A stretch of 64,000 nt of DNA from Podarcis filfolensis (lineage: Eukaryota). Position 1 is the first letter of the stretch. The number at the start of each line of letters is the position of its first letter. Below the pieces are notes generated by a model, which was not told where the DNA came from, did not search any database, and saw only the letters and a list, made by a program, of their open reading frames with translations. Location of the stretch: the NCBI GenBank assembly GCA_964270895.1, contig OZ185436.1. The stretch is one strand, 5' to 3'. The translations under genes and the position numbers were made by a program. Below are positions 39,380-50,705 of the stretch, one piece after another.

Positions 39380-40420
39380 TCAGGACGAAGCTGAACTTCT
39401 AAGTGCTCCTAGCCCTGGGGCTCGACTTCCTCGCCGGGCCCTTCTTGAAAAGCCTCTATTATTAGCTCCTGCAAAGGCGCAGCCCAAGTTTGCGCCTTTC
39501 TCCCGGCAGCCAGCTGTTCCTTAGTTACCACCTCTTCTCGCACAGAGCTGCTCCTGACAGAGCGCCGCACACTTTGCCCCTCTGCCCACAGAGGAATCTC
39601 CTCGCTCCCCTTGGAGCCCTCAGCGCCTTCACCCCAACTCCTTCCCCCTCGCCTTGCCTCACCCTCCGCTATCCGACTCCCCACTTCCAGAGACACCTCT
39701 CGCCTCAGCCCCGCTTTGCTCGTTCTTCCCTCCCGGCCCCCGCCCGCCCCTCTCTTTCCTCACCTGACTCGGGGGGGCTCCAGACCCAGCCGCCTCGCCG
39801 TGGGGAGGGCCCCCCCGGCCCAGCCGCTGGGAGGGGGGTGGGGGGCGCTGGAGGGGGGCTCAATGGCTCCGCGACGGCGGCTCCATCCACAGCGCCTTCA
39901 CCTGAGGAGGGACCGAGCCCCCCTCCCCTCCCCGAGCCACTTCCGGTCCCTCTGCTAGGCGACAGGCGCGGGGAGATGAGCGTCGAGAGGCTCGAGTGGT
40001 GGTCAAAGAAAGCGCCCAGGGCATCATCATTCCGTCAGGGGGTGGTGGGAGAGGGAGCGCGTCGAGCGCATCGAGCGAAGGCTTTAGAGGCTAGGCAAGG
40101 GGGAGCGGGTAGAGAGCCGAGCGAGTCGATACGGGAACTGATGGGCGGGGGGGGGGGGGAGAGAAGGGTCGTCGCTGTGGGAGGCGGCGGCGAGGAGGGA
40201 AGCAGGCCGAGCACGGAGGCGCCTGGATAGAAGTAGGGACGATCCGAACGCCGGGCGTATCGATGGCGGTCTCAGGAGGAGAGGGAGCAGGGGGCACAAG
40301 CTGAACGCCGAGAGCATCGGCTCAGAGCGCTGGCGAAGGGGAGATACTGGGGGGGGGGGGGTGTCGGGGCGTGTCTGTCTGGGAGTCCGAATATTCGCCG
40401 ATCGGGGGACCCCCTCAAGT
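39380..40420 (-). promoter_or_regulatory. IKZF4: CpG island, probable distal promoter and first exon of IKZF4
   Basis: GC- and CpG-rich block, ETS motif CCGGAAGTG (minus, about 39938-39946), GC boxes, minus-strand donor TCAG|gtgagg at 39764/39763. Confidence 0.7.
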
Positions 40421-40430
40421 TGCTCCCCAA

Positions 40431-40551
40431 TCTTAAATTAACAGCAATTAGTCTTGCATCTTAAATTAACAGCAATTATTAGCCTTGCATCTTGAATTAA
40501 CAATTATTAGCCTTGCATCTTAAATTAACAGCAATTATTAGCCTTGCATCT
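40431..40551. repeat. Minisatellite, four units of 28-31 bp (TCTTAAATTAACAGCAATTATTAGCCTTGCA)
   Basis: Direct inspection of the tandem units. Confidence 0.9.
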
Positions 40552-43438
40552 GCCCCCCGGTCGCCAGCCAGCGATTAATGCAACGTGACACTTCGAGGCG
40601 GGTCCTGCCGTTTCCCCAATTCCAGTCCTTGCAAATCGCGATAATGATGGTTCTAGAGGTGCCGAAGGAACTAATATGTTGCACGCGGGGTATCGATAGT
40701 GTGTTTTTGCGTGTTTCACCACCAGCAGGGACGACCGATTTCTTTCCGACGCGCGTGGGAACGTCCTTGCCGATTTTCTTTCATAGTATTTTTTTTTTTT
40801 TTAGTGTAACGAATAAACTGTCTGCCTTTATTACGTACTCTCTCTCTCTCTATCCTACCAGTTTTCGCTCAGACGTAAGTACGCTTGTAGCTTCACCCAT
40901 AACGACCCAAAGCCTGGGAAGTTTCAGTGGGATTTATTTGGAACCGCCCAGCAAGCAGGCATAGGATTATATATACCCTTAGTAACAAAATAAAGTACTG
41001 GAGCAAACCAGTGGGGATAAATTAGGCAGGACCCAGCCTGGTCCTTCCTTACACTTGCCAAGCGAGGAGGTTGCTTAGATGAACTGTAGGTCTCCAGCAT
41101 CTTCGCGTGTCCCGTTATTTCCGTTTTACATTTTGACACAGTCTAAGAACAGACCCCCCCAAACAAACACACAAAGGCACAACGGCTTAAGTAACCAGCA
41201 GTTATTTATTATTATTAATGGTTATGCTGATAAAGAGGCATAGGGTTTCCTGTGGCTCTAGCTTCCAGCACAAATTACTGGTTATAGCTAGCTTTCAAGA
41301 GACTTATAATTCCTCCTGCTGCCACAGGGTCTGTGGGTTCCCCTATATGTAACACACAGGATGGAACTGCTTCATGGGGGTTTTTTTGGGGGGGGGAGAG
41401 GATGAAGCACTTCTTCATCGTAAGGCTGATAATAGTTTTCAAATTGTCATTTCCCGTCCAGTCAATTTTAATTTAAAATTCTCTTTGAAGCTGGCAGCAT
41501 TGTCTGAGGAACACATTAAATTTGGTTGTTTTCACCCTGCGTGTGCTAATGTGGTCCTCTTTTGAGCTTGCAGCTGACGAATTAGCTAATTAAAGCCCTT
41601 TATCCCACATGTAAATAGGACAGAGAATCCGTGCTGACATGAACCAAATTACCTTTGGCTCCGAGAATCTCTTTGATCTGGATGCAAGATGCACATCAAA
41701 CACAACACACCATCTAATAATGCTGGTCAGGGAACAAAATCACCATTGTCCTCAAAATTGTGGCGTACCACCCCTCATTTACTTAGGCAATCATTATTAT
41801 TTTCATTATAATTAATCCATAGGCACGAACCTGCACAATTTCTCCTTATGGGGGGTGGGAAATGTTATGATCAGAAGCAATCCCCTCACCGTCTACTTCA
41901 ACACTTAACCAGCTCCCCTTGCAAAAGCCCACTAGGAAACTTCATTCAGTAGCGTTATGTTTCATCCGATCTTATGTTTAGCTCAGCACTGCTCAAGTTG
42001 AGGCTTTTGCGTTGCTGCAAGCTTGCTGACTAGACTTGAGGTTGTCAGCAACAATCTAAATCAGGTTAGAGTCACTGGATTCCAGCCCTGTGTTGCATTC
42101 AAGGCTACCCTCTCCCCCTTGATATGCCACCAGATGCTGGGCAGGCCCACTACAACCTTGTCGAAGAACCAGCTGACTTCTACCACTGGTATGCTACTGA
42201 ATACCAGTTACTGGGGGAGTAAACAAGGAAGCTGGCTATTGTCCTCATCGTGCCCTGGCTGCATCCTAGTGGCATCTAACTCGCCGTTGTGAGAAGCAAA
42301 CATCAGATTGTCCGGACAAGAATAAGATAGAAAGCGGATCCCTGCAAATGAGACCCCAATGGGGTCAGCTGACAAATTTAATAGTTGAGAGGAAATGTAA
42401 ATTAATTAAGTTATAAGCAATCTGCCAACTGACATACACCTAATAGAGCCAGTGTGACATTGTACTATGCTGAACATTCCTTCTGTGCAAGCATTTCAGC
42501 ATGCCAGATGGAACAATCGCCCCTCGTGACACCCCCAAGACAATTTCAGGGGGCACAGGGGGAGAGGGGAGAAGGCTCCATTGCAAGTCCTTGCGCAGGG
42601 AGCTCCCATTCATCTTCAGATGAATCCCACTCAAGCAGTTACCAAAGTTACTTTATACTGAGTTTTATAGAAACAGAAAGGTGGATGGGTCGTTAGATAT
42701 AATCTAGTCCAATCCCCTGCTGATGCAGGAAATCTAGTGCTACAGCACCCCCAATAATTATATAATTATGGCTGTGGTTTCCATAGCTGGGGCCTGTCGC
42801 AAGAGCAGAGTATAGATTAAACTAATAAGAATACACACTGCAGACTGAAGGCAAGTTCCCCTGAAATTAAGCGGATGTACCTCAAATTAAAGTGTTTCAG
42901 ATTACAGGTGGTTCCCATTGGGCGTGGAATTCTCAAATGCCAGCATTGTTAATTTATCCCGAGCTTTTATGTCTGAATGAAGTTCAAAAGCAGAGCAAGA
43001 GATGGACCTGCAGATAACCTTGCAGCAAGGAAGAAGAGATGTACATAACACAGGTGGAAACAAAAAGGAGATAAAATCCGGAGCGTTTATTAAGGACCAC
43101 TAGAAAAGATAGATTCTTACCCTGTGCAAAATAACAGAACAAATGCAATATTTTATCACACTCATCAGCTTTCAAATGAGGACAGAGAAGAAGGAGCCAT
43201 TACACAGTAAAAAATTATTATAGTTTCCCCTGTGCAGTGTGGAGATATTAAAAGGTATCTGATTTTAAGAACTACTCATTCCTTCCCCATGCAAAAGGGG
43301 AAGCTTTTTCAGCTTAAGGGCAAGTTCCCTTGTGTACAGCCTTTGAGGGGAGGGGTGCTTGCCAGTGGTGGGCTGGGCCAGAGGCAAAACTGGGCGGATC
43401 ATTGGATGTAGCTCTTACTTTTGTACAGTAGGCTACAT

Positions 43439-43551
43439 CAGGGTTTCCAGCAGTTTTTGGACTACAACTCCCATCATCTCTAACTAGCAGGTCAAGGATG
43501 ATGGGAACTGTAGTCCACAAACAGCTGGAGAGCCAAGTTTGGGAAACACTG
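43439..43551. mobile_element. Short hAT MITE (gactacaactcccatcat type)
   Basis: CAGGGTTTCC ... GGGAAACACTG with perfect 8-bp TSD GGCTACAT. Confidence 0.85.
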
Positions 43552-44330
43552 GGCTACATTCCAGCCATGCAAAAGTCAAGAGAGGTTCCTCCACCTCCTC
43601 AGAACACACTTTACCAGAGAGCATTTGCTATCCAGACCCCTGCTCTAGGAAACCAGCCTACTGATGACAATTTATCGAACAGACTGCTCGGGCTTGCTTT
43701 CCATCTTATGCCTCACAGCTCAGAGTTCTCAAGTCTTGCTCTTAAGTGGGTGGAAAACTTCACCTGATAAATTTGGGGTAAAGCAGAACAGCAAGGAAGA
43801 GGTTGCAAGCCACTTGTTGTAACATAAACTTCAACTTGACTATAGGCAGCCTGTGACCAGTTCCCATTGGCTCTCTTATCGCTAATGTTTTCTGTGTGCA
43901 CTAAGGAGGGAAACCCCTGCTAAAAGTACAGTACCAGGCGTTTCCCTTTGCTTAGCAATGGTTTAAATGCAAATCCCTTCCCGAATCAAGAAGGGGTTTG
44001 CATTGAATCCTGCCAAACTGAGCAGGATTTAACCCCTGCGGAGGGGGGAGTTAAATCCTACTCAGTTTGGCTACGCTTTGAAGTCCCCATGTTGGGACTT
44101 CAAATAACCTCAGAGACAGCCAAGTGCTAAATCTTTGCTTTAGCAGTGCCTTGCTGCCAGTGAGGTGCTTTGAAGCAGACTCCAGACTTCAAAGCCCCAA
44201 AATGTCATTTGTGATGTCAGGCGATTTGGCATTTGGTCAGCCCCACCTGTCAAATTTGGCTTGTGAGGCAGATCCTGATAAGGCTCCTCATTCCCCCCAC
44301 ACACTTTGAAGTTTGTTACCACAAGCGGGA

Positions 44331-44671
44331 GGGATGCGGGTGGCGCTGTGGGTTAAACCACAGAGCCTAGGACTTGCCGATCAGAAGGTCGGCGGTTCGA
44401 ATCCCCGCGACGGGGTGAGCTCCCGTTGCTCAGTCCCTGCTCCTGCCAACCTAGCAGTTCAAAAGCGCAAGTAGATAAATAGGTACCACTCCGGCGGGAA
44501 GGTAAACGGCGTTTCCGTGCACTGCTCTGGTTCGCCAGAAGCGGCTTTGTCATGCTGGCCACATGACCCGGAAGCTGTATGCCAGCTCCCTCGGCCAATA
44601 AAGCGAGATGAGCGCCACAACCCCAGAGTCAGCCACGACTGGGCCTAATGGTCAGGGGTCCCTTTACCTTT
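44331..44671 (+). mobile_element. Sauria SINE, full length
   Basis: Consensus sequence; approximate TSD ACCACAAG(C/T)GGG. Confidence 0.9.
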
Positions 44672-46377
44672 ACCACAAGTGGGGGTGACAGAACAGGCAC
44701 TCACCAGCTCCTTGCAGTCTAGAATAGCCAATTTGCCTTCCAAACCAACATGTGTCAGCCTCCTCTCTTGGGCTCACTGGGATTTACCCAGGAAGCGCTT
44801 TGTGCACAGTGCCAGGGATGGAGAACCTGTGGTCCTCCAGATGTGGCTGAACTCCAGCTCCCATCAGCCCCTGCCAGCTTGGCCAATGGTGAGGGATGAT
44901 GGGAGTTGGAACCCAGCAACATGGGAGATCCCTGGTGTACATGCATATCCTGATTTTCTGGCTGTAACCCAGCACCATTTGAATCATGTTGTAGTTCCAA
45001 ACCAACCACCCCATTGTCTTGCTTTGTTAAAGAGTTAACAGGACCTGGAGCTATGGAAGAGAATCTCCTGGAGCCATACAGTGATGAAGGCACGTGGACA
45101 GGATTCAACCCATTAAATCCTCTTACCTGCCCCACCCCATACACAATGCCACAGCACTAGTGGAAGGGAGGAGGTGAAGGAATCCCCTATCATTTTTGTA
45201 CACCGCCTCAAACAGGTCATCATGGAAACTCTAGACAAAGTATTAAAAACGAATGAGATGAATAAATTTCCCACCATGGCCAGCAGAGGGAAGCAGCAAA
45301 TTAAAACAAGGACAAAAACCCTGAATAGATACAGATGTCTTTTATAGTGTGATGAAAGCTTTTCCTAACCTCTCTAAACCGGATTCTTGAAGCTTGGCAA
45401 GTGTTGTAAAGGGGGACGGGCGGGAATGCTTACAAGCTAGTAGGCAGTGTTTCCAGTCTGGAATGTGATTAATTTTCCCAAAGCTCTCCAAATCCGTCCT
45501 CCAATTACCACTTCAGATACTTGGGGAGGGCAGGTCGGAGACTCACCCAAATCCATCCATAGCGAAGTTTTCCATCCCCACCCTGAAACGTCAGAGCAAG
45601 AACTGGCACAAAATGCTGGGGTACCAAGAGTACAGTGAGTGTCACGTAAACTCACAAATCCACAGTGGAAAAATCTCTCCAGGCACTTATTGTGTACACC
45701 TGCTTTTGTGCGTGGCAGGTGCTGGCAGTGCCCTGAACAGGCACATGTTGCAAAAAGAAAAGAGGTGCAGCTACGATGTCCTGATCTGATGGGAAGGATC
45801 AGCAATGGCTGACCTAATTTTGGACGGGGTGGGTGGTGGTACACACTGAAATGCACAGCACTGGCTCCCAGTGCATTTCCAGACACAGTTCAAAAGCACA
45901 GTTCAAAAGCCCTGTCTACATTACAATATTTTGGGCAGCAGGTTAAAAAAGCTTTAATGTTTTCCCAGGGCTTTTTTTCTTTTCCAAAAAGTGGGTGTTA
46001 AAAAAAAAGTCCTGAAATTAAATTGAATGTTACACTGTTTTACCTATGACTGCTTTCTTGTAAGTTTGTGATGTTATTTTAACGCTTCATGGCTAACACC
46101 TCCCCCCCCCCAAAAAAAAACCACACCAACACACACATATAGAGAAGGCACAAAGTGTTCATGGTAGGAGAGAAATGCCCATGGAGAAAGCCAATTCCTT
46201 GGACACACACACAAAAAACTAAGCTCCCCATATGACCAGGTGCAATCTGACCTACAACTACTGTTGTAGGAAACCCAAAGCATTCAAATTTAGTTTCGGT
46301 ATACACACAAACACACATTGCCTCTGTTTTGTATGCTGTTTTCCTAAACCTGGATTCCCATATGTGAGCAAACTACC

Positions 46378-46383
46378 TTTATT
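46378..46383 (-). terminator. SUOX: Candidate SUOX polyadenylation signal AATAAA
   Basis: TTTATT on plus about 730 nt past the stop codon, with a GU-rich tract downstream on the minus strand. No transcript evidence. Confidence 0.35.
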
Positions 46384-47106
46384 CCCAAGCTCATTCCTAT
46401 GTGCAAGCAGAGCAGCCATTCTCTCTGTGTTTTTAGTCCTGCCAGGACAGGAGTTAAGTGTTTCACAAAAGCGATTGTCAGAACCCTTCCTTACAGATAG
46501 AAAACTGTGCTAGATTGCCAGATGCAAAGGACTCCTGTAACGGGTAAACAGCTGCTGAAATCGCCTCTTCGAAAGAGTCGAGATTTCTGTCCTCCTTTTT
46601 CATCTGGTCACCCACGACCGTGTCTTCTGAGCAGGGGCGGGGAATGAGGGAACAGCTCTTGTAACGGCGGCAAGAACCACGAGAAAGCAATCCAGAGGAG
46701 GAGGAGGAGGAGGAGCAGAGCGCAGGAGATAACGAAGGCAACTCAGCGAAGGTTGCGCGCATTCGCCTCTCGAGAAACAAACGCATACGGAATTCTAAAG
46801 GGCAGCAGAAGGGCTTCCTTAAAAGACAGAGAAATTAGAGAAGAGGTAGTAAAAGGGCCGTCATCTTGCCAAGGTGGTGACCTCCAGCTGTCGATGGGCT
46901 ACAACTCCTTTCAGTCCCAGCCAGCAAAGTCGATGGTCAGGAATGATGGAAGCTGTAGCTCAGTGGTAGCTACAGAGTGACAACAAATGCTTAATCTCTT
47001 CTCCAAGAGGATGTAGGCAAAGGTACTCTTGGAAGAAAGAAGGTGCGGAACAACCGCGATCTATGACCCTTTGTTTCTTTCAGGCAACGAGGCACGACTC
47101 AGCCTC

Positions 47107-48537
47107 TTACTCCTCGCCCACGCTGACGTGGACCCGATGCCATGCGCTGTTGAGCACTCCCAAAATGTTCCAGATGGGCGCCACTGTGTTGGGCTGGTCG
47201 TTGTAGCTGGCATCCACAGCCTTGCAGACAATGTCCAGCTCTTTGGTGCCTTCGGGCACGCAGGCGTCCAGCTGCCACAGCTGCCACGCCCAGGCTCGAC
47301 CAGGCAGCTGCTCCTTCCCGGTGAGCTTGGCCACGTGCCAGCTCTTCCCACCATCCAGCGAAACATCGACGCGGATCACCCTTCGCCCCCCTCCGCTCCA
47401 AGCGTAGCCCTTCACTGTGAGCTCCCCAGGGCAGACGCAGGCACCTGGGCCCGGCTCGGTGATTGCCGACTGCACGGGCATATCTTGGATGGCAGGGGCG
47501 CTGGAGAAGTCCACGTTGTCCCACGTCATGGAAGGGGAGAATCCTTTGTAGTCCTTCTGCTGCCAGTGGCTCTGGCTTTCCTCCGGGCCCACCGTGATCC
47601 GGGCCAGCCACTTGACGTTACGAGCGCCGACTATCCCCGGCGCGATGACTCGGAGGGGGAAGCCGTTGTCCCGGGGCAACTCCTCCCCGTTCATCTCATA
47701 AGCCAAGAGGACGTCCCCGTCGGGACTCATGGCCTTCTTGAAAGGGATGGAGGCCCCGTAAACGGTGCCGCTCTGATCCTTGTCCAGTCCCTCAAAACAG
47801 ACGTGCCCCTTGTCGCCGGGTCTGTACCCGGCTTCTGCCAGGACATCCCGAAGCAAGGCTCCGCCCCAGCGCGCGTTACTAATGGCCCCGACACCCCAGC
47901 CCAGCCGGTTGGTGTTCTTGATTGCGTTCATCTCGGCCCGGCGATTGCCAGCGCATTGCAGGGTAGCGGTCACCTCGTGCTTGGGGAATCTCCTCTTCAG
48001 GTCCTGCAGGGATAGGGACATCGTCCGCCCGCCGGAACTCTGTACTTGCAGCCGGTAGGTGGCAGGGTCCACCACGGGCACGGGGAAGTGGTTGCGCTTG
48101 AAGAAGAGCGCGTTGGGAGTCAGGTAGTTCTCGGCAATCAGCTCCGGGGGGGTCTCTGCATTGAAGGGCTTCAAGGTGTTGATCCGCAGGGCGGGGTGCC
48201 GCTGGGGATCATTGGCGTATGGGTCTCCCGGGCTTGGCTGCGGAGGCTCCTCGGGGCTCAGCTCCCCCACTTTGTACCCGCGGAGGATCTCCAGCACGTG
48301 TTCCTGCTTGTGCATGGCGTAGAGGGCCCAGAACGGTTCCAGAGCGCCTCCTGCCGCCAGGAGGATCTTACTTTTGCCTCCAGGATGCACCTCTACGAAG
48401 TCTGTGATGTCAAAAACGTCGCTGCCATAGGTCACCCACACCCGACTCGCTTCACTGTTGTGGCGAGCCACCTCCTTCCGGGTAAAGACCGGAAATGGGG
48501 GTCCAGCTGCGGGCGCTGGGGTCTCAGGCTCAGCTGC
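47107..48537 (-). CDS. SUOX: Sulfite oxidase last coding exon (cytochrome b5 heme domain, Moco domain, dimerization domain)
   Basis: Acceptor ttccctacag|GCAGCT in phase 0; [48 protein letters not shown] and AWHRV motifs; TAA stop at 47107-47109. Confidence 0.98.
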   Translation of the reverse strand, partial: AAEPETPAPAAGPPFPVFTRKEVARHNSEASRVWVTYGSDVFDITDFVEVHPGGKSKILLAAGGALEPFWALYAMHKQEHVLEILRGYKVGELSPEEPPQPSPGDPYANDPQRHPALRINTLKPFNAETPPELIAENYLTPNALFFKRNHFPVPVVDPATYRLQVQSSGGRTMSLSLQDLKRRFPKHEVTATLQCAGNRRAEMNAIKNTNRLGWGVGAISNARWGGALLRDVLAEAGYRPGDKGHVCFEGLDKDQSGTVYGASIPFKKAMSPDGDVLLAYEMNGEELPRDNGFPLRVIAPGIVGARNVKWLARITVGPEESQSHWQQKDYKGFSPSMTWDNVDFSSAPAIQDMPVQSAITEPGPGACVCPGELTVKGYAWSGGGRRVIRVDVSLDGGKSWHVAKLTGKEQLPGRAWAWQLWQLDACVPEGTKELDIVCKAVDASYNDQPNTVAPIWNILGVLNSAWHRVHVSVGEE

Positions 48538-48752
48538 CTGTAGGGAAGCAAGAGGGGAAAGCCATTAAGAAAGGAGAAACAAGGGCCTCTTTGCAGCCCT
48601 TAGCACTCTTCTGCCATGATCAAAGAGCCCCACTTATTTACACGAGAAGCCTGTCAAACCACAGTTGAACTATGGAGTTTGTTTCCTTTTTTAAAGCAAT
48701 TTTAAATTGGTTTTTAAACAAATACAAACACATTCACCACGAAACAGCAGTA

Positions 48753-48978
48753 CAGTGGTACCTCGGGTTACATACGCTTCAGGTTACAGACTCCGCTAAC
48801 CCAGAAATATTACCTCGGGTTAAGAACTTTGCTTCAGGATGACAACAGAAATTGTGCAGCGGCGGCGCAGTGGCAGCAGGAGGCCCCATTAGCTAAAGTG
48901 GTGCTTCAGGTTAAGAACAGTTTCAGGTTAAGAACAGACCTCCAGAACGAATTAAGTTCTTAACCCGAGATACCACTT
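48753..48978. mobile_element. Tc1/mariner MITE family A in SUOX intron
   Basis: TA|CAGTGGTACCTCGGG ... GAGATACCACTT|TA. Confidence 0.85.
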
Positions 48979-49059
48979 TACATCTAAGGGTGTGTGTTTT
49001 ATCCTTTGTCTCTAGACAAACACTTACACATTCAAGCATATTACTTAACGTAGCCCCTC

Positions 49060-49300
49060 CACTGAGAATATAGAGCAGTTGGTATAAGAAGGTCTTGATT
49101 TTGGTAATTAAGATTGTTAAAGAAAGGGGTCCATGTTTCTCGGAAGGCGTCTCTATTTGTTAGGCCTTTAACTACCCCTCCTGGGTCTGGTGAGACACTC
49201 AGACATTGCTATATCCAGGAGTTTGTTTTCATAAGGCCTAGTGATGGTCACTAACGTCCTTGACTTTCTAAGAGGATGAGATAAATTAATGGAGGATAAA
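49060..49300 (-). mobile_element. Degenerate L1-like ORF2 3' end
   Basis: Minus-strand LLDIAMSECLT and FRETWTPFF motifs resemble the squamate L1 ORF2 C-terminus. Confidence 0.45.
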
Positions 49301-49307
49301 TGGACTA

Positions 49308-49524
49308 CAATGGTACCCTCTGGATACGAATGGGATCCGTTCCAGAGCCCCGTTCGCATCCTGAAGCGAATGCACCCCGCGTCTGCGCGTGCTGTGATTC
49401 ACCGCTTCCGTGCATGACGTCATTTCGATCGTCTGCTCATGCGCGAGCGGCGAAACCCAGAAGTAACGCGTTCCGTTACTTTTGGGTCTCTGCGGAGCGC
49501 AACCCGAAAGCGCTCAACCTGAAG
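49308..49524. mobile_element. Tc1/mariner MITE family B, truncated
   Basis: Near-colinear with 136-381. Confidence 0.75.
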
Positions 49525-50068
49525 CTGGGAGTTGCAAGTGGGGGTGCATCTTATGTTTATCATCTCCCACCTTGCTGCTTGCAAATTTAAGTTCAGGCAC
49601 AGTGCCAAGAACTTTTTTTGTACAACAGCCCAGCTCTCAACATTTAGCTCTTCTTTTCTTCACATCCCACTGTCGGCATGCAGAGGGTCGCAAGGCAAGC
49701 TAGCTAGCCCCAGCTGGGTCGTCTCCTTCCAGCCATCCCGCTGCGAAGACCCATCAGCCTCTGCTCCTACATATATCAGTGACCCAGAGCGAACTGCGCA
49801 CACAGAATAGGTGTGAGGCTTGTAGAAGCATACTACAACTACGGATTTATTAATCATAAATCAGGACAAAGAAACATGTCGTCTCTCTCTTTGTCTTCTC
49901 CAAGAGACAGGGAAAAAGCAAAAGCTATACACGCAACGGAAGTTCCCAGCAAGCTGTGCTGGTATGTAAACAGACACGTGACATGTAACAGTTCGATGTC
50001 TGCAACTAATGGAATGGAATTTTCCAACGCCTACTACACATCCCACTTCCCCAAGCAGCCCCACTCAC

Positions 50069-50240
50069 CCGCCGACGGTGATCTCCATAAGCCAAGATGG
50101 TGCCTAGGCCCAGCCCGGCCCCTGCTGCTACCATGACCCTGCGCCTTGTGCTGCCAGCATCGTTCCAAGTGCCATGGTTGCGGGAGGTTGTCCAAGCCAT
50201 GCAGGCTGGAGGGTGGAGCCTCCAAGGCATCTCTCTCAAC
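50069..50240 (-). CDS. SUOX: SUOX second coding exon (172 nt): LREMPWRLHPP...GAGLGLGTILAYGDHRRR
   Basis: Acceptor ttggttacag|G, donor CGG|gtgagt; phases fit both neighbours; hydrophobic stop-transfer segment like recalled human GLGAVLAYQDHRCR. Confidence 0.92.
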
Positions 50241-50569
50241 CTGTAACCAAAGCAGGCCAAAACCTTAAAAGAGAAGATATCTACAGCATATACTTCGGAC
50301 ATGTTAAACAACACTGTTCTATGATTCTGTAGTTTTATGCAGTGTCAGGCTTAAGAGACATACAGGAAAAGGACACGGGAAGAAAATGCAGAAATAAGTT
50401 GCAGAGCAGGACAGGGGAGGAAAAGAGATAATTTGCTATGGCGGCACAGGGTCTGTCTTCCAGGATCCCAACAACATAATCAAAGGAATCTGTACCTTCC
50501 CTTAAGAGCACCCTTGCCTGACAAACACAATATTCCCCACTTCACACACAGGGAGGGAACTTAACAAAG

Positions 50570-50705
50570 ATGATGATGATTATTATTATTAATTACTTAT
50601 GACCCGCCCATCTGGCCGGGCCTCTCCAGCCACTCTGGGCGGCTTCCAACAGGATATTAAAAACACAATAAAATATCAAACAATAAAAACTTTCCTAAAC
50701 TTCCC
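50570..50705 (-). mobile_element. L2 3' end fragment
   Basis: Reverse of gttggaagccgcccagagtggctgg...gatgggcggg with an ATT/GAT tail; same family as 56920-57366. Confidence 0.65.

Larger units (their letters stand above)
1..40300 (-). other. IKZF4: IKZF4 (Eos) transcription unit, 5' portion; continues beyond the left edge
   Basis: Two recognisable IKZF4 exons (2357-2461, 16602-16656) with canonical splice sites, a CpG island at 39.4-40.4 kb, and position downstream of SUOX on the same strand as in human. The 5' boundary is inferred. Confidence 0.8.

Noticed and set aside
39490-40230. 246-aa plus-strand ORF in the CpG island
   Set aside because: Low-complexity GC-rich reading, non-ATG start, no recognisable domain; expected by chance in a CpG island.
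47029-48543. Long plus-strand and alternative-frame ORFs over SUOX (328 aa, 170 aa, 165 aa)
   Set aside because: Antisense or shifted shadows of a GC-rich coding exon.
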